64,000 nucleotides of DNA, taken from assembly GCA_963554405.1 (NCBI GenBank), contig CAUVRI010000002.1:27319-91318 (forward strand). The letters are read 5' to 3'. Below the pieces are notes generated by a model. The model was not told the origin of the DNA. It saw nothing but the letters and a program-made list of their open reading frames with translations, and ran no database searches. Position 1 is the first letter of the stretch. Each line of letters begins with the position of its first letter. The translations under genes and the position numbers were made by a program. Of the stretch, positions 16,846 to 26,191 are shown in pieces. The stretch comes from an uncultured Streptococcus sp. GTDB lineage: Bacteria; Bacillota; Bacilli; Lactobacillales; Streptococcaceae.

Positions 16846-18067
16846 CATCAACCCATCGAAAGTGTTCAACAGGCACATCTATGACCATCTGTTCGACTAT
16901 GACACATTCACAGAGGTGCATTATGGTGGCGCTTCGTCAGGTAAAAGCCACGGAGTCTTTCAAAAGATTGTCATTAAGGCGCTGAAAGACTGGAAGAAGC
17001 CACGCAAGATCCTTGTGCTTCGTAAAGTCGGTGCTACCGTCCGTGATTCAGTCTTTGCAGATGTGCAAGCTACATTGTCGTATTTCGGTATTCTGAATAT
17101 GTGCAAAATCAACATGTCTGCGTTTCGTATAGAGCTGCCGAATGGCGCAGAGTTCATCTTTAAAGGAATGGATAACCCAGAGAAAATAAAATCCATCAAG
17201 GGCATCTCTGATGTGGTCATGGAAGAAGCGTCTGAGTTTACTCTTGACGACTACACACAGCTCACGCTTCGTTTGCGTGATAAAGCGCATAAACAAAAGC
17301 AAATATACTTGATGTTCAACCCAGTTTCCAAAGCGAACTGGGTTTATAATGCTTTTTTTGTTAAAAAGCCTAAAAACACAGTCGTGTATCAGACGACATA
17401 CAAGGATAATCGCTTTTTAGACGCTCTCACAAGAGAAAATATCGAGGAATTGGCCAATCGTAACGAAGCGTATTACAAAATCTACGCTTTGGGAGAATTT
17501 GCGACTCTTGACAAGCTAGTTTTCCCGAAATATACAAAAGCGTTGCTAAACAAGGACGATTTGAGACAAATCACATCCTATTTTGGCCTTGACTACGGGT
17601 TTATTAACGACCCAAGCGCATTTATGCATGTGAAAATCGATGATGACCGTAAAAAGTTGTACATTGTCGAGGAATATGTAAAAAAAGGATTGACAAATGA
17701 CAAGATCGCAGAGAGTATTACCGCCCTTGGGTATGCGAAGGAGCAAATTCGAGCCGATTCGGCTGAGAAGAAATCGAACCAAGAGCTTCGGAATCTTGGT
17801 ATCGGGCGAGTTATCGATGTCAAGAAGGGTGCTGGTTCAGTCATGCAAGGAATCCAGTATCTTTTACAGTATGAGTGGATTGTAGACGAAAGATGTGTGA
17901 AAACCATCGAAGAGCTGGAAAATTACACATGGAAGAAAGACAAGGCCACGAATGAATACATCAACGAGCCTGTAGATTCCTACAACCACTGTCTGGATGC
18001 GATAAGATATGCGATCCAAGACAAGATCACTAAATCAAAAATTAAAACTTTCAAAGGAGGCTTTTAA
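16829..18067 (+). CDS. terL: PBSX-family terminase large subunit
   Basis: Walker A YGGASSGKS, MEEASE, GLDYGF.NDP and NHCLDAIRYA. Confidence 0.95.
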   Translation: MTIKLNINPSKVFNRHIYDHLFDYDTFTEVHYGGASSGKSHGVFQKIVIKALKDWKKPRKILVLRKVGATVRDSVFADVQATLSYFGILNMCKINMSAFRIELPNGAEFIFKGMDNPEKIKSIKGISDVVMEEASEFTLDDYTQLTLRLRDKAHKQKQIYLMFNPVSKANWVYNAFFVKKPKNTVVYQTTYKDNRFLDALTRENIEELANRNEAYYKIYALGEFATLDKLVFPKYTKALLNKDDLRQITSYFGLDYGFINDPSAFMHVKIDDDRKKLYIVEEYVKKGLTNDKIAESITALGYAKEQIRADSAEKKSNQELRNLGIGRVIDVKKGAGSVMQGIQYLLQYEWIVDERCVKTIEELENYTWKKDKATNEYINEPVDSYNHCLDAIRYAIQDKITKSKIKTFKGGF

Positions 18068-19492
18068 TTGACTAAAGTCAGAATAAACAACAAGCGACTG
18101 CTCACTGTACCAGTAGACACAGAAGTGACTGCGCAGATCGTGACAGAGGCGATTCGCTTGCATTTGAGCAAACTCGTACCGACCTATCGAGAGAACGAAA
18201 ATCTATATCTATCAGATCACAAGATTCTGCATACTAGAGCTAAAGACGCATGGAAGCCTGACAATCGTCTAGTTGTCAACTATGCAAAATATATCGTGGA
18301 CATGTTTAATGGTTATTTTATCGGTATTCCAGCCACTGTATCACATGACGATCAAGTTATTAGTGATTATGTCAACGATTTTAGAAAATTCAACGACATG
18401 GAAGATAGCGAGAGCGAACTTTCTAAGCTGGTTGATATCTTTGGTCATGCTTTTTGGTATGTGTACCAAGACGAAGACGCAAACACACGGGTGACATACA
18501 ACAGCCCGATGAATATGCTGATTGTGCATGATAACTCTGTTGCAGAGCGTCCTAAATTCGCTGTACGGTACATGATCGATGAAGAGACAGGCGCTGGCAC
18601 TGGCGAGGTTGTGACTGATAAAGAAACAATCTACTTCACACTGGATAACGCTGGTGATGTGCATTTCGGTGAGCGAGTCAACCACATCTACTCACATCTT
18701 CCGATCATTGAAGTGATTGAGAATGAAGAGCGTCGAGGCATCTTTGAAAGCGTGAAGACATTGCTTGACGCACTCAACAAAGCGGTCAGCGAGAAAGCAA
18801 ATGATGTTGATTATTTCGCAGATGCTTACTTGAAGATCATTGGCATGGAGCTAGATGATGAAGTAAGTTCTAGCATCCGTGATAATCGTGTATTTAATTT
18901 GTGGGGCGAAAGTGGCAGTCAGTTAGATGTTGACTTCCTGCAGAAGCCAAACGCAGACCAGACACAAGAGAATCTTATCGTGTTGTTGCGTGATGCAATC
19001 TTTAACATCTCAATGGTTGCCAACCTATCAGACAAAGATTTTGGCAATAGCTCTGGAACTGCTCTTGCTTATAAGTTGCAAGCGATGGACAATCTTGCTA
19101 AATCAAAAGACCGCAAGATGCAGTCTGGATTTAATCGCTTGTATGAGGTTGTTTTATCTGTACCAACTACGCAAGTACCAGCAGATGCATGGTCTGAATT
19201 GAATTACAAGTTTACTCGTAACGTGCCTAAGAACACGCTTGAAGAAGCACAGATCGTAAGCCAACTTAATGGCCAAGTATCAGACGAAACTAAACTCTCT
19301 GTCTTGTCTATCGTCCAAGATCCGAAAGAAGAGCTTGAACGCATGGAAGAAGAAAGCAAGAAAGACAGTGAACTGTATCAGCAAATGGCTTTAAATGAGC
19401 GCATGAGCGATTTTGCGATCAACAAGGATGCAGAAGAAGGCAACAAAGAAAAGGACGGTGTAGAGGATGACAGAGACCGTCAGACAGAATAG
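18068..19492 (+). CDS. SPP1 gp6-like portal protein
   Basis: NRLVVNYAKYIVD...GYF.G.P and F.GN.SG.AL.YKL motifs. Confidence 0.93.
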   Translation: MTKVRINNKRLLTVPVDTEVTAQIVTEAIRLHLSKLVPTYRENENLYLSDHKILHTRAKDAWKPDNRLVVNYAKYIVDMFNGYFIGIPATVSHDDQVISDYVNDFRKFNDMEDSESELSKLVDIFGHAFWYVYQDEDANTRVTYNSPMNMLIVHDNSVAERPKFAVRYMIDEETGAGTGEVVTDKETIYFTLDNAGDVHFGERVNHIYSHLPIIEVIENEERRGIFESVKTLLDALNKAVSEKANDVDYFADAYLKIIGMELDDEVSSSIRDNRVFNLWGESGSQLDVDFLQKPNADQTQENLIVLLRDAIFNISMVANLSDKDFGNSSGTALAYKLQAMDNLAKSKDRKMQSGFNRLYEVVLSVPTTQVPADAWSELNYKFTRNVPKNTLEEAQIVSQLNGQVSDETKLSVLSIVQDPKEELERMEEESKKDSELYQQMALNERMSDFAINKDAEEGNKEKDGVEDDRDRQTE

Positions 19493-21233
19493 TTACTGGC
19501 GCAACCGTGTTGAACTAGAGCAGAAAGCAGCGATCAAGCGTGATGAAGATTATGCAACTGAATTGAAGAAGATGCATGATTACTACTTCAACGAGATCGA
19601 TAAGGAAATTAGAACGTTTATCAATCGATATGCCGAAAAGAACGGGAACATTCCTTATTCTGAGGTTGTAGCACGACTTGATGCAATGGATGTTGCTGCA
19701 TTTGCTGAAAAAGCCAAACGCTATGTTGAAGAGAAAGATTTTGGTGCGATAGCTAACAGAGAATTGGCTATCTACAACCTTAAAATGCGAGTATCAAGGC
19801 TTGAAGCGTTGCAACAAGAGCTGGACTTGCAGATGATTGCTCTTGCAAACGAGGAAGAAAGGAAGACAGGCAACTTTTTGAAAGAGGAATACTTGCAAGG
19901 CTTGAAAAGCCAAGCTGGTATTTTGGGAGTATCAGAAGGAGCTACGGTCTCTACTGCGATGAAGCAAGCGATAGATCGTAATTTTAACGGTGCTACTTGG
20001 TCTAGTCGCATTTGGGATCGGCAAAATGCTCTGCGTGACATCGTAAAGAAAGCAACATCTGACTTGCTGATTCTTGGTAAGAATCCAACACAGATTATAT
20101 CAAAGCTACGCAAAGAATTTGGTGTATCTGCGCATCAAGCAAAACGCTTGGCGGTTACAGAAGGTTCACGGGTCGCAATGGCAGCGCAGAAAGATAGTCT
20201 GGAATCGCAAGGCTATGATGAATATGAGTACATAGCAGAGCCGAGCGCTTGCAAGATATGCGCCCCGCTCGATGGCAAGATCTTCAAAGTGTCAGAAATG
20301 GAATCTGGGCGCAACTGCGCTCCTATGCATCCATTTTGCCGATGCAGTGTTGCTGCTCATTATTCTAAAGTTGTTAAACCAGTTGAAAAAGAGGTTGAAA
20401 AACCTAAAGAAATTGAAGAAGTTCCATCTGTTGGTACAGCTTTTTCTTATGGTTTAGATTTAGCCCATAAAACTTTACAAAACTTTGTTGACAACGCTAA
20501 AAAGTGGTATAATAGTCATATAGAAAGCCAGCTATCTGCTGATGATATTAATGCATCGAGTGAAGCTTTAAAAAAAGTAATAGACAACAGTGCTTATTCT
20601 ATGCGTTTTAGGTCTGCGAACATTGACAAACTGATAGAATCCGGAAGGTTTATGAATCAGTTTGAAACTGGAACGAGTGGCGGGACTCTCAATGCAAAAT
20701 ACAGAAGACAAGCCACAAACCAATTGTTTGGTTTGTCTGGCAAACGCTTGAAGAAATCCGAGTTTGAAAAGTATGGCTACTTCGGAAACAAGGACGCTTA
20801 CAAAGATTTTGCCTACAACTTGACAAGAGGGAACGGTGTTTTTCAATACGGTGATGTTATCATCCATTTTAAAAAAGACAAAGTGGCGAACAAGACAACA
20901 TTCACAGTAAACAACAGCCTTGGCCCTGCAGTCCATCAAGAACTTGTTGCAGATAATCCAAACAGACCGAATTTGGTTAGTATCAATAAAAGGTCTCTGA
21001 AAGAAACGGTAGATTTGCTCAAAACTGGCAAAATTGAAACACCAGAAGAAGCGAGCAAGGCTCTTGGTGTCCGTTATTTAGAGACTCAATATCATGGTGA
21101 AATAGGAGTATCTGATATTTCTAGTATGTACTTCACAAATGACAAACCAAGTGAGAAGCAAATCCAGTCGTTGAAGGAATTCGGTATTAACTTGTATGTG
21201 AAAGAAGGTGATCAATTTGTTAAAATTGAATAA
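19467..21233 (+). CDS. MuF/SPP1 gp7 minor head protein with a long C-terminal toxin-like extension
   Basis: WSSRIW and C..C..LDG...PMHPFCRC motifs end at ~aa 295, followed by a Lys/Glu/Pro linker and a ~270-aa extra domain. Confidence 0.85.
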   Translation: MTETVRQNSYWRNRVELEQKAAIKRDEDYATELKKMHDYYFNEIDKEIRTFINRYAEKNGNIPYSEVVARLDAMDVAAFAEKAKRYVEEKDFGAIANRELAIYNLKMRVSRLEALQQELDLQMIALANEEERKTGNFLKEEYLQGLKSQAGILGVSEGATVSTAMKQAIDRNFNGATWSSRIWDRQNALRDIVKKATSDLLILGKNPTQIISKLRKEFGVSAHQAKRLAVTEGSRVAMAAQKDSLESQGYDEYEYIAEPSACKICAPLDGKIFKVSEMESGRNCAPMHPFCRCSVAAHYSKVVKPVEKEVEKPKEIEEVPSVGTAFSYGLDLAHKTLQNFVDNAKKWYNSHIESQLSADDINASSEALKKVIDNSAYSMRFRSANIDKLIESGRFMNQFETGTSGGTLNAKYRRQATNQLFGLSGKRLKKSEFEKYGYFGNKDAYKDFAYNLTRGNGVFQYGDVIIHFKKDKVANKTTFTVNNSLGPAVHQELVADNPNRPNLVSINKRSLKETVDLLKTGKIETPEEASKALGVRYLETQYHGEIGVSDISSMYFTNDKPSEKQIQSLKEFGINLYVKEGDQFVKIE

Positions 21234-21528
21234 AATCATCGGTGTCGATGAATCGAAAAAAAATATATTGGTCACTCTCGAAGATGGCCGTTGCGCTCTA
21301 GTCGATAAAGAGAGAAAAGGTTTTGTTGTTGAAATCCTTTTAGATTCTTTTTATAAGTGGATGCCTTTCCCGAATGAACCAACTGCAGAAGATCAAGCGG
21401 AAGTTATTGAGATCTTAACAAACCCAAAATTATTTGGATTTGGCCCTTTGGCAGAAGAATATCTCACAGATGAAACGCTAAAGCATGAATTTGATGCCAT
21501 GAAGAAAGATGCAGGATACGCATATTGA
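21208..21528 (+). CDS. Small acidic protein, candidate immunity protein for the MuF C-terminal domain
   Basis: Overlaps the muF 3' end (start may be TTG 21217); followed by a terminator. Confidence 0.6.
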   Translation: MINLLKLNKIIGVDESKKNILVTLEDGRCALVDKERKGFVVEILLDSFYKWMPFPNEPTAEDQAEVIEILTNPKLFGFGPLAEEYLTDETLKHEFDAMKKDAGYAY

Positions 21529-21537
21529 ATATATAGA

Positions 21538-21562
21538 AAGTCGTAGCAATACGACTTTTTTT
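21538..21562 (+). terminator. Intrinsic terminator
   Basis: AAGTCGTA-GCAA-TACGACTT plus T-run. Confidence 0.75.
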
Positions 21563-21593
21563 GTTGTCAAAAAACAGAAAGAGAGGAGTCGCC

Positions 21594-21725
21594 TTGAATA
21601 TTTGGAACATAGTATCAGTCACTGGAGGGGTTGTCTGTTTATTACTTATCCTCTTGTTTGGATATGCGATGACAATCGGCCTACTGTCAGGGATTGATGA
21701 AGTTAAACGCAAAAACAGAGATTGA
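21594..21725 (+). CDS. Small membrane protein (43 aa, MNIWNIVSV...)
   Basis: GAGGAG RBS, TTG start, one TM helix and a basic tail. Confidence 0.55.
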   Translation: MNIWNIVSVTGGVVCLLLILLFGYAMTIGLLSGIDEVKRKNRD

Positions 21726-21883
21726 GAGGTGATCTAGCATCTTGACAAGCAGGAATAGACTGCTATTTTATCGCATAATCTAACCAGTCGAAAGGCTGGT
21801 TTTTATTTTGTCCAAGCATTGATGACGCTAAAAGCTATGGAATACAAGATAGTCGGGGACGACTTTAAAAATAGGAGGTTCGC

Positions 21884-22468
21884 ATGAACAAAGAAACAGA
21901 AGTAGTCGAAACGGTTGAAGATGTTGAAAAGGTAACGGCCGAACCAGAAGAACATCAAGAAGAACCGAAAGACGAAAAGAAGTACACGGACGCAGATGTT
22001 GATAAGATCATCAACAAGAAATTTGCAAAGTGGAAAGAAGAAGCAGAAAAAGCTGAGAAAGAAGCTGAGAAGTTGCGCAAGATGAACGCTGAACAAAAAG
22101 CAGAGTATGAAGCTCAAAAACAAGCTGAACGCATTGCCGAGCTAGAAGCACAACTCAATCGCAACGGACTTGAAAAAGAAGCTTCTAAAATGCTATTTGA
22201 AGCTGGAATTACAGCCGATGAAACGGTGCTTGACTTTGTTGTACGCAATAATGCAGAAGACACACAACAGTCAGTACAGTCACTCATTGGTCTTGTAAAT
22301 ACTCTTGCAGACGCAAAAGTACAAACCATGCTAGTTGGTAAGACACCAACCAAGCAAGAAGAAACTGGTCAAGGGATCACCAAGGAACAATTCCGCAAGA
22401 TGGGCTATCAAAGCCGCAATGAACTGTTCCAAACGAACCCAGAACTATATAACCAATTGAAAGGATAA
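21884..22468 (+). CDS. Capsid scaffolding protein (DUF4355-type)
   Basis: Acidic N-terminus, KKYTDADVDKII, coiled coil, ITKEQF..M.Y..R..L...NPELY C-terminus. Confidence 0.88.
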   Translation: MNKETEVVETVEDVEKVTAEPEEHQEEPKDEKKYTDADVDKIINKKFAKWKEEAEKAEKEAEKLRKMNAEQKAEYEAQKQAERIAELEAQLNRNGLEKEASKMLFEAGITADETVLDFVVRNNAEDTQQSVQSLIGLVNTLADAKVQTMLVGKTPTKQEETGQGITKEQFRKMGYQSRNELFQTNPELYNQLKG

Positions 22469-22475
22469 TTAATTT

Positions 22476-23321
22476 ATGCCACAAGGAATTACTCAAAAAG
22501 CTACTATGGTAGTGCCAGAAGTCATGGCTGACATGGTATCAGCTAAATTGCCTAAACTAATCAAATTCACCCCGCTTGCTTACGTTGACAACACACTTGT
22601 TGGACAACCCGGTGACAAGATCACTGTACCGAAATGGGAATACGCTGGAGATGCAGCGGAAGTTGCAGAAGGTGTAGCCATCACTTTGGACCAATTGACT
22701 ACTAAAAAGTCTGAAATGACAATCAAAAAGGCTGCTAAAGGGTATGAAATCACAGACGAAGCCCTTCTTTCAGGTCTTGGAGATCCAATCGGACAAGCAG
22801 TATATCAAGCATCACTTGCTCTTGCTAACAAGATCGACAACGACCTTGTGGAAGCTGCGAAAGGCGCAGTCCAAAAAGTAGCCGAAACAGCTACTACTGT
22901 TGACAACTTGCAAAAAGCCCTTGACATCTTTGCGGATGAAGACGATGCATCTTATGTTGCCTTACTTAACCCAGCGGACGCTGCTGCTCTTCGTAAAGAT
23001 GCAGCTCAAAACTGGACTAAAGGTTCAGAGCTTGGTGCTGAAACAATCGTAAACGGAACATTCGGTGAAGTGCTTGGTGTTCAAATCGTTCGTACAAACA
23101 AAGTTGAAAAAGGTAAAGGCTTCCTCGTTAAAGTCTCTGCTGATGCTACTGACACAGACGATGTGAACAAGTATGGTGCATTCGTCATTGCATTGAAACG
23201 TGATGTAATGGTTGAAACTGACCGTGACATCTTGAAGAAAGCCACTGTCATTACCGCAGACAAACATTATGGAACATATCTCTATGATCCATCACGAGTT
23301 GTCAAATTCGGTGAATCGTAA
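22476..23321 (+). CDS. Major capsid protein (N4-gp56-like family)
   Basis: PEVMADMV, L.GQPGD.ITVP.W.Y.GDA and VETDRDIL motifs. Confidence 0.92.
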   Translation: MPQGITQKATMVVPEVMADMVSAKLPKLIKFTPLAYVDNTLVGQPGDKITVPKWEYAGDAAEVAEGVAITLDQLTTKKSEMTIKKAAKGYEITDEALLSGLGDPIGQAVYQASLALANKIDNDLVEAAKGAVQKVAETATTVDNLQKALDIFADEDDASYVALLNPADAAALRKDAAQNWTKGSELGAETIVNGTFGEVLGVQIVRTNKVEKGKGFLVKVSADATDTDDVNKYGAFVIALKRDVMVETDRDILKKATVITADKHYGTYLYDPSRVVKFGES

Positions 23322-23342
23322 TTTCAAAAAGGGGGTGACAAC

Positions 23343-23522
23343 GTGAGCATGCTACTACGTTATCACTATCAACAGAGCGAACCAGTCGAACCAGAAAAGG
23401 TTGAAGATGTCGCTTTGGATGATATGACGCTAAAAGATTTGAAATCTTTAGCTAAAGAAACTGGTGTCGAAGGTTATTCCACGCTTGCAAAAGCTGAATT
23501 AGTCGAGGCATTGAAAGGATGA
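23343..23522 (+). CDS. Small Rho-N/HeH-domain protein (59 aa)
   Basis: GGGGGTG RBS, GTG start; MTLKDLKSLAKETGVEGYSTLAKAELVEAL. Confidence 0.8.
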   Translation: MSMLLRYHYQQSEPVEPEKVEDVALDDMTLKDLKSLAKETGVEGYSTLAKAELVEALKG

Positions 23523-23529
23523 TTTGATT

Positions 23530-23850
23530 ATGTCGTACATCGATAAAGTAAAGGTGCTGTTGAATATCGAGGACGACTTGCAGGACAAAATGCTTGGTTT
23601 AATCGAGGAGATGACAACCCAGCATTTCACTGCCTATACTGGGGATTTTGGAGTGCCAGACAAGTTTGATTACATGATTGTAGAAATCATGATCGAACGA
23701 TTCAACCGCATTGGATCGGAAGGTTACTCTAAGAAAACACTCGAAGGCTTGACTCTTGAATTTAATCAAGATGATTTTGCTCGATTTAACAAGATCTTGA
23801 AACGTGAGTACCCATCTATCCTTGAAAATCGAGGATTTAAGATGCTATGA
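23530..23850 (+). CDS. Head-tail connector protein
   Basis: RFNRIGSEG motif; position. Confidence 0.85.
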   Translation: MSYIDKVKVLLNIEDDLQDKMLGLIEEMTTQHFTAYTGDFGVPDKFDYMIVEIMIERFNRIGSEGYSKKTLEGLTLEFNQDDFARFNKILKREYPSILENRGFKML

Positions 23851-24158
23851 GAGAAAGCGAACGTGTTGAACTCGTATTTCAGGCTGGAAAACCTAAATAT
23901 GACCCAGAATTAGGACGAATGAGCAACGCAGAACCTACTAAGAAGGTGTTTCCTTGCTTTATTTCCGAATTAGGACTGGAATTGAAAGTCAAACTGCTTG
24001 ATAAAGTCGATGTAGATGCCAAAGTCCTACGTTTTAATCACGTTATAAATGGCTCTATATCGTCCATTGTCATTGCTGGTAAACGCTATAAGGTTATCAG
24101 TCGGAAGAATCCAGAGCGACGCTCTACGGTCTTGTATGTAGCTGAGGTGATGGGTTAA
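23847..24158 (+). CDS. Head closure protein (putative)
   Basis: Position and size; YDPELG motif. Confidence 0.7.
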   Translation: MRESERVELVFQAGKPKYDPELGRMSNAEPTKKVFPCFISELGLELKVKLLDKVDVDAKVLRFNHVINGSISSIVIAGKRYKVISRKNPERRSTVLYVAEVMG

Positions 24159-24499
24159 TGTTTGATATCGATATTAACGATGGAGGGGCAACCCTCTTTT
24201 TTGAACAAGCGGTTAAATTTGACGCACACGAGATCTTGAAAGATCACGGCTCACGCTTGCACAGACGAGCAGTAAGAAATGCTGTCTTCACTCGTGGATA
24301 TTCCACGGGTGCTACAAGGCGGTCTATTTTCTTAACTGTAGGTCGTGACGAGGCAAGAGTCAAAGCAAATACGGACTATTCAGGATATCCAGAAGTAGGG
24401 ACACGCAAGATGGAAGCTCAACCATACATGGGGCCAGCTCTGGAAGAAACCATTCCAGATTTTGTAGCAGATTTAGAGAAAGGAATGACAGGTAAATGA
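24158..24499 (+). CDS. HK97 gp10-like tail completion protein
   Basis: TGATRRSI...YSGY.EVGTRKM.AQPYM.PA. Confidence 0.85.
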   Translation: MFDIDINDGGATLFFEQAVKFDAHEILKDHGSRLHRRAVRNAVFTRGYSTGATRRSIFLTVGRDEARVKANTDYSGYPEVGTRKMEAQPYMGPALEETIPDFVADLEKGMTGK

Positions 24500-24879
24500 A
24501 ACAGCCAGATCAACAATTATTTGACGAAATTTACAAGCGCATTTCTTCGCTTGGCTATGATATTTATCTAGCTTTGCCTGATATGTCTGCTAAATATCCA
24601 TTTTGTGTGATGGGTGATACGCATTTAATGCCTAGCCCTACCAAATCGGGGTTGATTGGTCTAGTTAGTACAAGAGTACACATCTGGGACGATATCAACA
24701 ACCGCAGACGCTTGTCAGACATGATCTACAAGATTCAAAACGAATTGAGCAAGATCAATCGCATCGAGAATAGAAGCTGGTCTATGGGCCTCTCTAGTAA
24801 TAGTCAAATCATTAAAGACAACAGCACAGAAGAAACACTCTTCCATGCAGTGATTGACATGGAATTTAAATTTGTTTAA
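24496..24879 (+). CDS. Tail terminator protein (putative)
   Basis: P...YPF.VMG motif; immediately before the major tail gene. Confidence 0.75.
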   Translation: MKQPDQQLFDEIYKRISSLGYDIYLALPDMSAKYPFCVMGDTHLMPSPTKSGLIGLVSTRVHIWDDINNRRRLSDMIYKIQNELSKINRIENRSWSMGLSSNSQIIKDNSTEETLFHAVIDMEFKFV

Positions 24880-24896
24880 ACGAAAGGAAAAACTAA

Positions 24897-25388
24897 ATGG
24901 TATTAGAACCACAAAAAGGTAAAGATCGGATTTTGATGTTCCGTAAAAAAGGCGACAAAACTGCTGCAGCAAAACTTGCTTTGCAAACAGAACACAAATG
25001 GGAATATGAACGTAAGACAGATAGCACTAAAACCAAAGATGGCGCTATTTCTGCTGCTGGTGGATTGGAAGTTACACTCTCAATCGAAGCGGTTGCGTCT
25101 CGTGACGAATTGAATAACATGCTTAAAAACTCTGTAATCGAAGGTTACGAGTTGGAAGTATGGGACATCGACTTGAAGGGCGAAAAACAAGGAGCTAAAT
25201 ACCCAGCATTGTACGCTATTGGTAAATTGAGCAAGTGGGAAGTACCTGCAAACGTTGAAGATCTCATCACTTTGCAAACTGAAATGGCAATCGATGGTAA
25301 ACCAGTACCGGGATATGCAACACTTACTGCGGATCAAGAGGCAGAGGTGCTTTATGCATTTGCTGACACAACTGCAATCACTGGATAA
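24897..25388 (+). CDS. Major tail protein (TP901-1 family)
   Basis: GKDRILMFR...KLALQTEH...TKDG motif. Confidence 0.9.
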   Translation: MVLEPQKGKDRILMFRKKGDKTAAAKLALQTEHKWEYERKTDSTKTKDGAISAAGGLEVTLSIEAVASRDELNNMLKNSVIEGYELEVWDIDLKGEKQGAKYPALYAIGKLSKWEVPANVEDLITLQTEMAIDGKPVPGYATLTADQEAEVLYAFADTTAITG

Positions 25389-25401
25389 GCAGTAACAATC
25401 A

Positions 25402-25428
25402 CGAGGGCGAAAGCCCTCTTTTATTTTT
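25402..25428 (+). terminator. Intrinsic terminator after the major tail gene
   Basis: GAGGGC-GAAA-GCCCTC plus T-run. Confidence 0.75.
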
Positions 25429-25460
25429 ACTAAAAAACACAAAGAAAAGGAAAAATCATA

Positions 25461-25811
25461 ATGAAAACATTGACAATTAACGAACGTGAACACGAACTAT
25501 CTTTTGGTATTGCATTTATCCGTGAACTTGATAAGAAGTTCTGCTCTAACGTGAATGGAATGAATTTCGGGGCTGGTGTCCGTTCTGCGGTTGTGTATCT
25601 CTTGGATGGAAACCCTGTTATCTTGGTTGACATCATTCAGGCCGCAACTATCACAAATCGGAGCAAACTATCTGAAAAGGATATTGAGAAATGGCTTGAA
25701 GAGCAAGATGATCTCGATGTTGTCTTCGATGATTTTTTAACATGTTTGAAGACCTCAAAACTGACCAAGAAGACAACGATGGCGATCGTGGAAGCGGTGG
25801 AACAAGCCTAA
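25461..25811 (+). CDS. Tail assembly chaperone
   Basis: L.FG..FIRELDK motif; between the major tail and tape measure genes. Confidence 0.85.
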   Translation: MKTLTINEREHELSFGIAFIRELDKKFCSNVNGMNFGAGVRSAVVYLLDGNPVILVDIIQAATITNRSKLSEKDIEKWLEEQDDLDVVFDDFLTCLKTSKLTKKTTMAIVEAVEQA

Positions 25812-26191
25812 AGAAAACCACGGTCGAACTCACTTCTGAACAGACTTATGAAGATCTTATGGCAACTATCTTCGCATTCTTTGGTATTACAGACTATGTG
25901 ACTGCTCAACGCATGACGCTGAAAGAATTTAATATCAGACAGCGTGCAAGAGATATGCAGATGCTAGACGAGGAAAAGAGAGTGTATTTGCTCGCTTTTC
26001 AGATTCGACAAGCACAAGCTAGTAAGAAAGATGGAAGATATATCTTTGAGAAGTTCGAAGACTTTTACAATGAAGAGGAAAGACGCAGAACAGTCTTGAA
26101 TAGATCGCAAGGCCCTGCAGTCAATCAAGAACTGATCGAGATTGCCAAAAGACTTCAAAGGAGGCGAAAGGAAGGAGGTATAGATGGCTGA
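25733..26191 (+). CDS. Tail chaperone C-terminal extension, reached by a -1 frameshift
   Basis: Slippery T TTT TTA at 25733-25739; -1 frame open to 26191. Confidence 0.75.
   Translation, partial: FFNMFEDLKTDQEDNDGDRGSGGTSLKKTTVELTSEQTYEDLMATIFAFFGITDYVTAQRMTLKEFNIRQRARDMQMLDEEKRVYLLAFQIRQAQASKKDGRYIFEKFEDFYNEEERRRTVLNRSQGPAVNQELIEIAKRLQRRRKEGGIDG

Noticed and set aside
21509..21697. 62-aa ORF from the track
   Set aside because: Crosses a terminator; the alternative frame 21594-21725 has a good RBS and a TM helix
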